From an uncultured Candidatus Saccharibacteria bacterium (GTDB taxonomy: Bacteria > Patescibacteriota > Minisyncoccia > Phycocordibacterales > DATDWN01), in NCBI GenBank assembly GCA_964597675.1, contig CAZQYV010000002.1:7532-71531 (forward strand): a stretch of DNA of 64,000 bases. Direction: 5' to 3'. Positions 1-10,873 of the stretch are shown one piece after another. Every line of letters starts with the position of its first letter. Within the stretch, counting starts at the first letter, position 1. The position numbers and the translations under genes are program-made. The notes under the pieces were generated by a model that had not been told where the DNA came from, did no database searches, and was given only the letters and a program-made list of their open reading frames with translations.

Positions 1-1
1 T

Positions 2-1015
2 GTTACATCATCAAATGTAGCAGGTCACGCAATGAAAGCAACACGGTCTGGTATGGTTATTGGTCAGGCGCTTGAAGATTATGATCCTGCAGTTTCATCA
101 TCAACACAGCCAATGATTATGGCATTGGTTAAACCGGGGTATCAGGTTATAGACAACACATTTGTTTTTGGTGAAGATGATACACAACTTGCAACCGCAA
201 CATCAACAGAAAATGCACTTGCAAATGGTGGTGCAGCAGGATTTTTGATTAACCAAAAGGGTAGTGGTAATATATTGCAGTTGCAACAAAATGGTGTTGA
301 TCGATTCTTGGTCAAAGCAACGGGCGCAATCTCTGTCATGGCAAATGCAACATCGACATCTGAAAGCATCTTTAACATCCGAAATGCAGCAAACGTGCTC
401 TTTGCAATCGATGCATCTGGTGACACACAATTTGGTGGACGAATCATGGTGGACAAAGATACATCGGGAACCGCAACGATCAAAGCGGGTGATAACCAAA
501 CTACTATCACATTTACACGACCATACATTGTTGCTCCAAAAGTTATTGTGACAGTAAACGGTGTGCCAGATTTCTTCTACGGTGTGACAACAAAAACACC
601 AACTGGATTTACAATCACAGCAAACAAGGCGGTTTCTGGAGATGTGACATTTGATTGGGTTGCTCTCGTTCAAACTACCGAGACACAATCAACATCATCA
701 CTCAATCTATCTTCCGGCGGATCTAATGTGGTGATTGTTCCTACACCACAAGATCCACCAGTTGGCGGAGATACTGGGACCACAACACCTCCAACCACAG
801 GGGACACTGGTACAACTACTCCATCTGATGGTGGTACAATACCACCAGTCGATGCTGGAGCGGGCACAACAGGTGATACAGGTTCCGGATCAACAACCCC
901 TCCTGCAACACCAGATACAGTAACTCCTGATCCAACACCTACACCAGAGCCAGCTCCCGCAACAACTCCAGAACCGGCACCTGCTCCAGCGCCAGAAGTA
1001 ACACCAGCATCATAA
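2..1015 (+). CDS. C-terminal part of a large secreted/surface protein with Pro/Thr-rich tail (5' end outside window)
   Basis: Frame is open from position 2 (VTSSNVAGHAMKATRSGMVIGQALE), a motif seen at the C-termini of giant CPR proteins; beta-rich lectin/tail-fibre-like segment then PT/PEPAP low-complexity tail. Confidence 0.75.
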   Translation, partial: VTSSNVAGHAMKATRSGMVIGQALEDYDPAVSSSTQPMIMALVKPGYQVIDNTFVFGEDDTQLATATSTENALANGGAAGFLINQKGSGNILQLQQNGVDRFLVKATGAISVMANATSTSESIFNIRNAANVLFAIDASGDTQFGGRIMVDKDTSGTATIKAGDNQTTITFTRPYIVAPKVIVTVNGVPDFFYGVTTKTPTGFTITANKAVSGDVTFDWVALVQTTETQSTSSLNLSSGGSNVVIVPTPQDPPVGGDTGTTTPPTTGDTGTTTPSDGGTIPPVDAGAGTTGDTGSGSTTPPATPDTVTPDPTPTPEPAPATTPEPAPAPAPEVTPAS

Positions 1016-1025
1016 TAATATAAAC

Positions 1026-3299
1026 ATGAATACACGAACAAAAAAATTTTTCGGCATCTACCTACCAATTATTCTTATTATCGTAACTATTTTTGTTGCA
1101 AGTTTCTTTTTTCAAAAAGTCGATACGGTTGAGGCGGGTTGGTATAACACTGGTGGTACATGGGGGTACCGTAAGGGGATTACTATTGATCACACCAAAG
1201 TTGGAGTTGGTACAACAACACCATTATTAAATTTTCCAATGCTATTTTCTGTAACAGACTCAGATCTAAAATTCACAGGTAGTGGAGGAAAGGTAGCATC
1301 ATCAACTGGGCTAGATATATTATTCACATCATCTGATGGAACAACAAAACTAGATTATGAAATGGAAAGTTATTCCAGTACAACAGGACAAGTTATAGCA
1401 TGGGTTCGTATTCCATCATTATCACCATCAGTTGATACTACTATATATGTATATTTTGGTAATGCCAGTGCAACTGATCAATCAAATAAGACGGGCGTGT
1501 GGGATTCAAGTTATAAAGGTGTGTGGCATTTGCCTGACGGTACAACTTTAACGGCAAATGATTCCACCAGTAACGCCAACAATGGGACTATAGTTGGAGC
1601 AACTGTTGCCACTGGTAAAATTGATGGTTCTGCAAATTTTGATGGAGTAGATGATTGGATCATAAGTTCAAATACTGTAAATACTGGAGTATCTACCGTT
1701 TCTACATGGGTTAAATTAAATGCTATTCCATCAGGGGATTCGTTAATAACTGGTTTTGTTCAAGGAAATGGTAGTACCGTATACGATAAGGATATTAAAA
1801 TTGACTCTGGGGGTTTAGTTAGATTTTATGTATATGGTTCTGGAACTCAGAACACCACCCCTACATCAGCACTGACAACAGGAGTATGGTATTACCTTGT
1901 AGGTACACAGGATGGGACTAATTCTTATATCTATCGTAATGGTGTACAGGAGGGTTCAGCTACAGTTGGAACTAGTTATACTAGTTATTCAAGTCCAAAT
2001 TTTTTAATTGGAGGTCGTTCATATGGATTAGGTCACACTAATCAAGTTTTGGATGAGGTTAGGTTTTCAAATATTGCACGTTCGGCGGATTGGATTGCCA
2101 CAGAGTATAATAACCAATCAAGCCCAAACACTTTTTATGTGTATGGGTCAATTGTTTTGTCAAGCCGTCCGCCAGACATCGCTGGTGTTGCTGTTAAAAA
2201 TCAGGTTACCACAGCACCAGGTTGGTACTCGACTGGTGGTCCTTGGTTATATAGAAAACAAATCACAGTTGATCATTCAAAAGTTTCAACAACAACATCA
2301 CTCACAGATTTTCCTATGCTTTTTTCTGTCACAGATATGGATTTAAAATATGTTGGTAATGGAGGGAAGATTGCTAGTTCGACTGGGGGTGACATTGTCT
2401 TTACATCTTCTGATGGGATAACTAAACTTTCTCATGAAATAGAAAAGTATTCATCAACCACGGGAGAGACAGTGGTATGGGTTAAAATCCCTACATTGTC
2501 CGGCGTGTCGGATACTATTATATATGTGTACTTTGGAAATGGTGAGGCAAGTAACCAACAAGACCCAGCGAACGTATGGGATAGTAACTATAAAGGGGTA
2601 TATCATTTGAAAGATGGGACAACACTCAACTATAGTGATAGTACTAGCAATGCAAAAAATGGTACTGTCGGGGGAGGGTCTTTTAATCCTACTGCAACAA
2701 CAGGGAAAGTAGATGGGGCAGCATCTTTTGATAACAATAGTTATCAATACATCTCTTTGCCAGGTAGTACGTTTGGTTCCGGTAGTGTGACAGTTGAGTT
2801 GTGGACAAAATTTACAACCTTTACAGGTTACTGGCCGATGTTTTCCGCTTATACTAATGATAGTAATTCAATAGAAATATTTGTTAATAATAATACTAAT
2901 TTATTTGGCGGTAATTATAACAACGCTGCAATTACTGGTGGAACGTTGGTGACTAATAAATGGTATCACGTTGTGTTAACCGCCGTTTCTGGGGGGGTTA
3001 CCCAATTCTATATAGACGGAGAACTCAGTGGAACGACCGGCACCACAAATTTTAGTACTTATACTGTAGCTCCATATATCGGTCGTCGTGCTGGTTATTA
3101 CTACAATAATATTATTGATGAAGTTAGACTGTCCTCGGGTATTGCCAGATCACCATATTGGATTAGGACGACATACAACAACCAATCATCACCAAATACT
3201 TTTTATGCCTATGGAAAATTGGAAAGTTCTAGCAGGGTAAATTCGTCCGGCGCTTCTGCTCCGACAGTAAAAACAAGGGGTGGAGTTAAGTTTCGTTAA
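1026..3299 (+). CDS. Surface protein with two tandem DUF2341 + LamG/concanavalin-like modules
   Basis: N-terminal TM; duplicated module GWY..W.YRK.IT.DH.KV..FPMLFSVTD..DGTTKL..E.YSSTTG..WV.IP..IYVYFGN..DEVR.S..ARS..WI...YNNQSSP. Confidence 0.85.
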   Translation: MNTRTKKFFGIYLPIILIIVTIFVASFFFQKVDTVEAGWYNTGGTWGYRKGITIDHTKVGVGTTTPLLNFPMLFSVTDSDLKFTGSGGKVASSTGLDILFTSSDGTTKLDYEMESYSSTTGQVIAWVRIPSLSPSVDTTIYVYFGNASATDQSNKTGVWDSSYKGVWHLPDGTTLTANDSTSNANNGTIVGATVATGKIDGSANFDGVDDWIISSNTVNTGVSTVSTWVKLNAIPSGDSLITGFVQGNGSTVYDKDIKIDSGGLVRFYVYGSGTQNTTPTSALTTGVWYYLVGTQDGTNSYIYRNGVQEGSATVGTSYTSYSSPNFLIGGRSYGLGHTNQVLDEVRFSNIARSADWIATEYNNQSSPNTFYVYGSIVLSSRPPDIAGVAVKNQVTTAPGWYSTGGPWLYRKQITVDHSKVSTTTSLTDFPMLFSVTDMDLKYVGNGGKIASSTGGDIVFTSSDGITKLSHEIEKYSSTTGETVVWVKIPTLSGVSDTIIYVYFGNGEASNQQDPANVWDSNYKGVYHLKDGTTLNYSDSTSNAKNGTVGGGSFNPTATTGKVDGAASFDNNSYQYISLPGSTFGSGSVTVELWTKFTTFTGYWPMFSAYTNDSNSIEIFVNNNTNLFGGNYNNAAITGGTLVTNKWYHVVLTAVSGGVTQFYIDGELSGTTGTTNFSTYTVAPYIGRRAGYYYNNIIDEVRLSSGIARSPYWIRTTYNNQSSPNTFYAYGKLESSSRVNSSGASAPTVKTRGGVKFR

Positions 3300-3341
3300 T
3301 TATTTTGAGTGTGAAATTTATTATGTTAAAATAGAAATATT

Positions 3342-3764
3342 ATGGACTACACTGAATCAAAAAAATTATCAATCGTGTCATGGGTTATTTTGTTAGTGCT
3401 TCTCGTCGGTGTGGCAAGCGTCGGATTTTATTTTCGTGATCGATTTTTCGGTGCTCGACCTGCGTCTCTTGGTGCATCTGAATATCAGGCGGTATTTCTG
3501 ACAAATGGTCAGGTATATTTTGGTAAGATCGCAGACACGAGTAAGGAATTTATAACACTAAAAAATATTTATTATTTACAGGCAGTCCAACCTCTCCAAG
3601 GTGCATCAGCAGAGAGCCAGCCGTTCTCGCTGGTAAAGCTTGGCAAAGAATTGCACGGTCCAACTGACGTGATGTATATCAGTCGTGCGCAGGTGCTTTT
3701 CTATGAGGATCTCAGAGAAGATAGTAGTGTAGTCAAAACGATAAAGGAAAATAAGACGCAGTAG
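3342..3764 (+). CDS. Conserved CPR membrane-anchored hypothetical protein
   Basis: N-terminal TM; YQAVFLTNGQVYFGK...LVKLGKELHGP motif. Confidence 0.8.
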   Translation: MDYTESKKLSIVSWVILLVLLVGVASVGFYFRDRFFGARPASLGASEYQAVFLTNGQVYFGKIADTSKEFITLKNIYYLQAVQPLQGASAESQPFSLVKLGKELHGPTDVMYISRAQVLFYEDLREDSSVVKTIKENKTQ

Positions 3765-3812
3765 GTTTGATTAGACTTACAAAAAAGATGTTGGACGAGT
3801 AGGGTGGTTGTG

Positions 3813-3821
3813 TGGTATAAT
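3813..3821 (+). promoter_or_regulatory. Extended -10 promoter of rnpB
   Basis: TGGTATAAT 5 nt upstream of the predicted P1 helix. Confidence 0.7.
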
Positions 3822-3826
3822 AGACG

Positions 3827-4177
3827 TGTTATGTTGGGTAATTGCTCCGACTTTGTTGGAGAGGAAAGTCCGAACATTCACTCGCGCATAATGCTTAGGT
3901 GTGATAGCGCGAGGAGAGTAGCGGGTAACGCCCGTCCGTGGCAACACGAGAGGTGCGAGCAGTGACGCCAAAGGCGAAAGCTAATGGGTTCCTTTGGGAA
4001 TAATCCAGTTGAAAGACTGGGGTGAAACGGCAAAATCCTTACTTGGATGCAAGGCCGTGTCTGTCTGTATAGACAGAAGTGCCGCTTGACCCTATAGGTA
4101 ACTATAGGGCTAGATAAATAGTTATCGTTCAGTATTATTTTGATACTGGATACAGAATTCGGCTTATAGGCATAACA
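3827..4177 (+). ncRNA. rnpB: RNase P RNA
   Basis: GAGGAAAGTCCG and ACAGAATTCGGCTTA P4 signatures, GGGTAACGCCC, GGTGAAACGGC, terminal TGTTATG/CATAACA helix. Confidence 0.96.
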
Positions 4178-4181
4178 TTAT

Positions 4182-4213
4182 GAAAACCCTCTCTCAAAAA
4201 GAGAGGGTTTTCT
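4182..4213 (+). terminator. Intrinsic terminator of rnpB
   Basis: GAAAACCCTCTC-loop-GAGAGGGTTTTC. Confidence 0.8.
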
Positions 4214-4324
4214 CGTTATTTTGGCTTTACTTATCAACATTTTTTGGATTGAAATAAGGGGATAAAAGCATATAATAAAGGTATATAAGTAGGAGAGTTT
4301 ATTATTAGTTTTTATCTATATTTC

Positions 4325-6709
4325 ATGCAAGAAAATAATGATGTGCTAGTGCAGAATAATCGAAATATGTTTGAGAAAATTGCCTTTGGAATTCTCTTTC
4401 TGGTGGCGTTTCTCACCCCAATATTCTTTTTACCTGTTGCCTTTATCTCTACACAGTTTGCCACAAGTTTGCTGTTTGGCTTTGGGGTTATTGCTGCGAC
4501 AATCGTGTATGTCATTGCAGGTTTAGTTTCTGGTAAAATTGATATCCCACAACGAGGTAAATATATGTTGGGGGCACTTGCTATTGTGCCACTCATGTAC
4601 GTGCTCGCAGGTATATCCAATGGCTTTTCTCGCATGACTTTTCTAGGTTATACGTTTGATATAAGCACTGTTGGTTTTATACTACTTTCCTTCATCTTTT
4701 TGTTTCTAGTGTCGATGCTTTTCCGATCAAAAAAGCGCATGATCAGTTCGTACATTGCATTTATCATGGGCGCAATTCTTCTTGTAGTATTTATTTCTGT
4801 TCGATTAATCATGGGGGTAAAGGTTCTTTCATTTGGAATATTTACGGATCTTACAACAACGCCGATTGGTGCATGGAATAATCTCGGTATATTTTTTGGT
4901 ATAACAACTCTCCTTTCACTTATTTCTTTTGAAATGATTCCTGCAAGTAAGTTGACCAAGACTCTTCTTGCAATTGCACTTTTGGGATCACTTTTTTTTC
5001 TTGCTCTTATTAACTTTTCTACTATCTGGATCGTGGTTGCAGTCTGCTCCCTTTTGTTTGTTGTTTATCGTGTATTTAGTCAACCATCCGATGCGTTTGC
5101 TCCTCTTGATTGGAAGGTGCGTCTACGACGAATTCCGGTGTATTCAGTCATCGTATGTATTATAGCAGTTGTCTTTACGCTATGGGGTTCAACTCTCGGT
5201 GTATTTCTTGCAAATAAATTATCTATATCAAATGTTGATGTCCGACCATCACTTTCGGTCACTCTCGATATTGCACGTAACACGATTCAATCACGACCAT
5301 TGTTTGGATCTGGTCCAAATACGTTTGTGACACAGTGGCTGTCCTATAAGCCAAATGATATTACACAGGGCGTATTTTGGAATACAGATTTTGCTTATGG
5401 TATTGGACTTATTCCAACATTTGCTGTTACAACTGGTTTATTTGGTGTATTATCATGGCTTCTATTTTTTGCTTTCTTTATTTTTCTTGGAGTTAAATCT
5501 ATTTTTGCCCACATTGATGATGTGATATTAAAATATTTTGTTACATCGTCATTCTTTGTGTCACTATATCTGTGGATTATGACATGGGTCTATGTTCCAA
5601 GTGGTGTAATTTTTATTCTGACATTCTTTTTCACGGGACTCTTCTTTGCATCAGTTTTTGTTAGTGACATAATGCAGACAACAGAGCATACGTTTACTAT
5701 CAATCCAAGATCTGGATTCTTTACATCTCTTGTTCTCATGGCTATTTTGGTCGCGGTTGGTGGGCTCGGGTACGGCTTGTTCAAAAATTCAAAATCACTT
5801 TGGTACTTCCAAAAGAGTTCATACGCATTGAGCGTCAGTGGCGATTTAAATTCTGCTGAACAATTGATGGCACGCGCAATTGCTACTGTGCCGTATGACA
5901 CATACTACCGTGCACTTTCTGAAATAGAGCTTATCCGACTCGGTCAGGTTGTCAATCAGGATGCGACAAAAATAAAAGAAGAGGATTTGCAAAAACAGTT
6001 TATAGAAGTATTTACTGCTGCGGTAAATGCAGGTATTGGTGCACGAAATGCTGATCCTGTTAATTACTTGAACTGGATTGCTTTGGGGAAAATATATGAA
6101 TCAGTCATACCACTCAAGGTACAGCAGTCCTACGAAAGTGCACAGTTTGCTTATAACGAGGCGCTACGGCGTAACCCAAAGAATCCGGGTATTTATGTGT
6201 TGTTTGCCCGTCTTGAAATTGCACGTGGAGATCTAAAGAGTGCCCGCAATTATGTGTCACAAGCGATACAAGCAAAACAAAACTATACTGATGCATACTT
6301 CCTTCTATCTCAAATCGAGGTTGCGGACAAGAACGTAAAAGGTGCAATTGATTCTGTTACCACTGCGACGGTAATTGATCCAACAAATGCAAACACATTT
6401 TTCCAACTTGGTCTCCTAAAATATAATGCACAGGATATCACAGGGGCAATTACAGCACTTGAACAATCGTTAAAAATCGCACCAGATTACGCCAATGCAA
6501 AATATTTCCTTGGTCTGAGTTATGAGTCACAAGGACAACATGATAAAGCGATTGCCCTTTTTGAAGATCTTGCCAAGACAAATCCTGATAGTAAGGAGGT
6601 TGCAACGATTCTCGAGTCACTTAAGGCAGGGAAGCCAATCTTCACCAGTCAGCAGGATACAAAGCCGGAAAATCGAGCAACATTACCTGTTAAGGAAAAA
6701 ACACAATAG
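4325..6709 (+). CDS. Polytopic membrane protein (O-antigen ligase/O-oligosaccharyltransferase-like) with C-terminal TPR repeats
   Basis: About 12 TM segments, RPLFGSGPNTF motif, TPR repeats (NANTFFQLG, YANAKYFLG). Confidence 0.8.
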   Translation: MQENNDVLVQNNRNMFEKIAFGILFLVAFLTPIFFLPVAFISTQFATSLLFGFGVIAATIVYVIAGLVSGKIDIPQRGKYMLGALAIVPLMYVLAGISNGFSRMTFLGYTFDISTVGFILLSFIFLFLVSMLFRSKKRMISSYIAFIMGAILLVVFISVRLIMGVKVLSFGIFTDLTTTPIGAWNNLGIFFGITTLLSLISFEMIPASKLTKTLLAIALLGSLFFLALINFSTIWIVVAVCSLLFVVYRVFSQPSDAFAPLDWKVRLRRIPVYSVIVCIIAVVFTLWGSTLGVFLANKLSISNVDVRPSLSVTLDIARNTIQSRPLFGSGPNTFVTQWLSYKPNDITQGVFWNTDFAYGIGLIPTFAVTTGLFGVLSWLLFFAFFIFLGVKSIFAHIDDVILKYFVTSSFFVSLYLWIMTWVYVPSGVIFILTFFFTGLFFASVFVSDIMQTTEHTFTINPRSGFFTSLVLMAILVAVGGLGYGLFKNSKSLWYFQKSSYALSVSGDLNSAEQLMARAIATVPYDTYYRALSEIELIRLGQVVNQDATKIKEEDLQKQFIEVFTAAVNAGIGARNADPVNYLNWIALGKIYESVIPLKVQQSYESAQFAYNEALRRNPKNPGIYVLFARLEIARGDLKSARNYVSQAIQAKQNYTDAYFLLSQIEVADKNVKGAIDSVTTATVIDPTNANTFFQLGLLKYNAQDITGAITALEQSLKIAPDYANAKYFLGLSYESQGQHDKAIALFEDLAKTNPDSKEVATILESLKAGKPIFTSQQDTKPENRATLPVKEKTQ

Positions 6710-6715
6710 GTTTCT

Positions 6716-8392
6716 ATGGTAAAGCGTCTACTACATTTATTACATAAAGAGATATCCGGCCTTCACCAGGCCGCTTATCTTTTGGGTTTTTTTGCACTGT
6801 GCTCACAGTTTCTTGCATTAATCCGTGATCGCATGCTTGCGTCTAATTTTGGCGCAACAAATACTCTCGATTTATATTATGCCGCTTTCAGAATTCCTGA
6901 TATGCTTTTTGTTACAGCTGCATCTATTGTTTCCATATCGGTCATTATTCCATTTTTGGTTGAGCGATTTGAAAAAAGCGATGCAGCAGCAAAAGAGTTT
7001 CTTGATGATATTTTTACTTTTTTCTTTTGTTTTATTGTTGGTGTTGGATTGATTGCATTTATAACAGCACCTTATATTTTACTTTTGTTGTTTCCATCCT
7101 TTATTGCCACTGGCTCTTTCGATACCTTAGTTAGTCTTACTCGTATATTACTTTTGTCTCCAATTTTTCTGGGATTTTCAAATCTTTTGGCAAGTATTAC
7201 TCAGATACGTAAAAGATTTTTCGTGTATGCGATGTCTCCGGTTTTGTATAATATTGGCATTATATTTGGCATCATGTTTTTATATCCACTGTACGGATTG
7301 GTGGGCCTTGGGTGGGGTGTGGTTATTGGTGCATGTATGCATTTTGCTATTCAGTTACCTTTTGTTATCAGACAAGGATTATTGCCCAGTCTTTCTTTTC
7401 CGCTCCGATTCAATGCGATAAAACGTGTTATATATACATCAATACCTAGGACACTGACTGTTTCGTCAAACGAGATTGCAGAGTTGTTTCTTATTTCCTT
7501 TGCGTCATTTTTAATCCCCGGTTCTATTTCGATTTTTAATTTTTCTTTCAACCTTCAATCGGTACCATTTAGTATTATTGGTGTCAGTTATTCTCTGGCA
7601 GCATTCCCGACTCTTAGTCGTTTCTTTTCTCGAGGTGAGACGGGTGAATTTGTTCAGCAGATGATTACAACATCAAAACATATTATTTTTTGGTCTATTC
7701 CTATCTCGATTATGTTCATTGTTTTGAGGGCACAGATTGTTCGTACAATACTCGGGGCTGGACGTTTTAACTGGGATGATACACGACTGACTGCTGCAGC
7801 ACTGGCGATATTTACCATATCGCTAATTGCTCAAAATTTGATGACACTTTTTGTTCGCTCATACTATGCTAGAGGTAAGACACGAACGCCTTTGATTATG
7901 AATGTGATATCGGCCAGTGGTATTATTGCTATTAGTTTCGGTTTGGTTGAGTTATTTCAGCACAATCAATTTTTCAAAGATTTTGTGGAGTCATTACTCA
8001 AAGTTCAAGACATTTCTGGATCTGTCGTGCTTATGTTGCCACTCGGTTTTACTATAGGTGTAATATTAAACGTATGTATGCATTGGGTTGATTTTTCTCG
8101 AGAATTTCGTACATACTCACGAGAGGTTCTTTCCACATTGTTTCAGGTGCTTTCTGCATCTGTCATAATGGGTTACGTCACATACATTATGTTGAATGTT
8201 TTTGATGGTATATTTAATGTACATACTGGTTTAGGTATATTTATGCAAGGTTTTGTGTCCGGAATAGTCGGGATATGTGCCCTTGTTTTTGTACTATTTA
8301 TTCTAGGGAGTGTTGAACTTCGTATGGTATGGCAGACACTTCATCGTAAGATATGGAAGACAGAAGTCGTCCCTCCAGATGCTGAATTATAG
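6716..8392 (+). CDS. murJ: Lipid II flippase MurJ (MviN)
   Basis: RDRMLA..FG...LD.YYAAFRIPD; multi-TM MOP fold. Confidence 0.9.
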   Translation: MVKRLLHLLHKEISGLHQAAYLLGFFALCSQFLALIRDRMLASNFGATNTLDLYYAAFRIPDMLFVTAASIVSISVIIPFLVERFEKSDAAAKEFLDDIFTFFFCFIVGVGLIAFITAPYILLLLFPSFIATGSFDTLVSLTRILLLSPIFLGFSNLLASITQIRKRFFVYAMSPVLYNIGIIFGIMFLYPLYGLVGLGWGVVIGACMHFAIQLPFVIRQGLLPSLSFPLRFNAIKRVIYTSIPRTLTVSSNEIAELFLISFASFLIPGSISIFNFSFNLQSVPFSIIGVSYSLAAFPTLSRFFSRGETGEFVQQMITTSKHIIFWSIPISIMFIVLRAQIVRTILGAGRFNWDDTRLTAAALAIFTISLIAQNLMTLFVRSYYARGKTRTPLIMNVISASGIIAISFGLVELFQHNQFFKDFVESLLKVQDISGSVVLMLPLGFTIGVILNVCMHWVDFSREFRTYSREVLSTLFQVLSASVIMGYVTYIMLNVFDGIFNVHTGLGIFMQGFVSGIVGICALVFVLFILGSVELRMVWQTLHRKIWKTEVVPPDAEL

Positions 8393-8415
8393 ATTTTGTG
8401 CTTTAATGGACAGAT

Positions 8416-10275
8416 ATGAAGCATATCCGTAATTTTAGTATTATCGCCCACATTGACCATGGTAAAAGTACCTTGGCTGATCGGATGTTGGAAATAACAG
8501 GCACAATCGAAAAACGAAAGATGCATGATCAGGTTCTTGACTCAATGGAGCTGGAGCGGGAAAGAGGGATTACGATCAAGATGCAGCCAGTCAGGATGAT
8601 GTATAAAATGCAAGATTCAGGAGAGAGGATTCAGGATTCAGGAATAGATGCAAGAAGTCAGAATACTCATCAATTAGAGTATGTCTTGAATCTGATCGAT
8701 ACTCCTGGGCATATTGATTTTTCCTATGAGGTCTCTCGGGCACTAAAGGCAGTGGAGGGCTCTATTTTGCTTGTTGATGCTACGCAGGGTGTACAGGCCC
8801 AAACATTAACTACGTTGGCTATGGCGCGAGAATCAGGTCTTACTATTATCCCTGTCTTGAGTAAAGTTGATTCACCTCTTGCTCGTGTAGAAGATGTAAA
8901 ATTGGAGATGGTTACTTTGTTGGGGTGTGAGAAAGAAGATATTATCGAGACATCCGGACGCACCGGATTTGGGGTCGATAGTCTCTTGCAGGAGATAATT
9001 AAAAAAGTTCCACCACCAGTCGCTCATGATAATACAAATCTGTTTCGTGCGCTTGTGTTTGATTTTAAATACTCTACACATCGTGGAGTGATTGTTTTTG
9101 TCCGTGTTATGAGTGGATCGATTTCACGTAATGTGCCACTTTCATTTAAGATTGCTAAAGAAACTTTTACAGGTATAGAGGTTGGGATATTTTCTCCAGA
9201 TGAAAAGCCAGTTGAAACTTTATCCGAGGGTGAAATAGGTTATATAGTAACTGGTATAAAACAACCGGGTATCGCATCCGTTGGAGACACAGTTGCTGTC
9301 ATTTCTGACACATTACCTCCTCTAGACGGTTATATGTCACCACGTCCAGTTGTTTGGGCTTCTGTGTATCCAGAGAGCCAAGATGATTTTGTGACACTCC
9401 GACAATCTCTTGGAAAATTAAAATTATCTGATTCATCATACACATACGAGGAGGAATCATCCGGCGTGTTGGGGCGCGGCTTTAGATGCGGATTTTTGGG
9501 GATGCTTCATCTGGAGATAATTACAGAGCGTCTTCGTCGCGAATTTAATCTCAATCTCGTGGTGACGATGCCGACAATTACATATGAAGTAGTCTACAAA
9601 AATGGGAGTGGGGAAAAAGCGGGGAAAAGAGAAATGATTTACTCACCTTCTCATTTTCCTGATGAAGGTGCTGTTTCAGAGATATATGAGCCATGGGTGA
9701 AAGTGGTTATAATCACACCGTCATCATATATGGGCAATATTATACAGTTGCTTTATGAGCATGAAGGGGAAGTTGGTAATTCAGAAAATTTTGGTGATGA
9801 TCGTACAGAGATGCATGTCATGATGCCATTACGTGAACTAATGCGTAATTTCTTTGATAAGTTAAAAAGTACTACATCTGGGTTTGGTTCTATTTCCTAC
9901 GAGATTGTAGGTATGCGAAAAGCAGAAGTGGTACGTATGGATATTTTGGTCGCAGACGAAGTTGTTCCTGCATTTTCTAGAGTTGTTTCGCGACGAATTG
10001 TCGAGGAGGAGGCAGAAAACGCAGTGGAAAAATTACATGGACTTTTGCCACGACAGATGTTTGTTATGAAGGTTCAAGCAAAGGCCCTCGGGCGAATTAT
10101 CTCTTCAAGAACAATTGCTGCATATAGTAAGGATGTCACCCAGCACATGTATGGTGGAGATATTACTAGAAAAATGAAGTTACGAGAAAAACAAAAGAAA
10201 GGTAAAAAGAAAATGCGTGCTCGTGGCACAGTAAATATACCACAAGACGTATTTATCAAAATGATGCGAAGCTAG
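8416..10275 (+). CDS. lepA: Elongation factor 4
   Basis: [42 protein letters not shown]. Confidence 0.98.
   Translation: MKHIRNFSIIAHIDHGKSTLADRMLEITGTIEKRKMHDQVLDSMELERERGITIKMQPVRMMYKMQDSGERIQDSGIDARSQNTHQLEYVLNLIDTPGHIDFSYEVSRALKAVEGSILLVDATQGVQAQTLTTLAMARESGLTIIPVLSKVDSPLARVEDVKLEMVTLLGCEKEDIIETSGRTGFGVDSLLQEIIKKVPPPVAHDNTNLFRALVFDFKYSTHRGVIVFVRVMSGSISRNVPLSFKIAKETFTGIEVGIFSPDEKPVETLSEGEIGYIVTGIKQPGIASVGDTVAVISDTLPPLDGYMSPRPVVWASVYPESQDDFVTLRQSLGKLKLSDSSYTYEEESSGVLGRGFRCGFLGMLHLEIITERLRREFNLNLVVTMPTITYEVVYKNGSGEKAGKREMIYSPSHFPDEGAVSEIYEPWVKVVIITPSSYMGNIIQLLYEHEGEVGNSENFGDDRTEMHVMMPLRELMRNFFDKLKSTTSGFGSISYEIVGMRKAEVVRMDILVADEVVPAFSRVVSRRIVEEEAENAVEKLHGLLPRQMFVMKVQAKALGRIISSRTIAAYSKDVTQHMYGGDITRKMKLREKQKKGKKKMRARGTVNIPQDVFIKMMRS
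8612..8646. repeat. Degenerate heptamer array (AGGATTC) inside lepA
   Basis: AAGATTC AGGAGAG AGGATTC AGGATTC AGGAATA. Confidence 0.6.
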
Positions 10276-10302
10276 TTTTACCGAGGTCTTTCCTCGGTAA
10301 AA
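10276..10302 (+). terminator. Hairpin terminator after lepA
   Basis: TTTTACCGAGG-TCTTT-CCTCGGTAAAA. Confidence 0.65.
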
Positions 10303-10447
10303 TTACATGAGGAGAGAAGGGATGTAGAGTAGGATCATACTAATAACAATCAATACGACAAGTATTTTCCATACAAACTGTATCTTTTTTTGGTGATTTT
10401 TCTGAAATAACATATATATAGTATAATGTATCTAATATATCTATACT

Positions 10448-10825
10448 ATGCTTGATTTCCAACAAAAACGCAAGGTTAAAGGGATTATGTATCATCGAAA
10501 TACGCTTATTTTCCTTACTTGTGTCGTACTGTTTGCTATTCACTCTACATGGACTGTCTACCAGAAAAAAAATGAAAGCGAGGAGGGGAGGGCTGTTGCC
10601 CAAAAGCGTGTCAGTGATTTTGAGGAAAGGCAGGGATATTTAGAGCAGAAAATACAAAGACTTGGCACGGCACAAGGGACAGAAGAGGAAATTAGAGCAA
10701 AATTCAGTGTGGCAAAGGAAAATGAAAATCTTGTAATTATTGTTGATGATGTCTCAGCTACTCACCCAACCGTCCCACAACGTACATTTTGGCAGAAATT
10801 ACGCTCATTTTTCGACAAGCAATAG
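10448..10825 (+). CDS. Septum formation initiator (FtsB/DivIC-like)
   Basis: TM + coiled coil + EEEIRAKFSVAKENE motif. Confidence 0.75.
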   Translation: MLDFQQKRKVKGIMYHRNTLIFLTCVVLFAIHSTWTVYQKKNESEEGRAVAQKRVSDFEERQGYLEQKIQRLGTAQGTEEEIRAKFSVAKENENLVIIVDDVSATHPTVPQRTFWQKLRSFFDKQ

Positions 10826-10873
10826 GTTTTCATATATAATGATAGTCCATTTTAATCATAATCAATATAAATA

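Noticed and set aside
3777-3971. 64-aa minus-strand ORF
   Set aside because: Antisense shadow of RNase P RNA.
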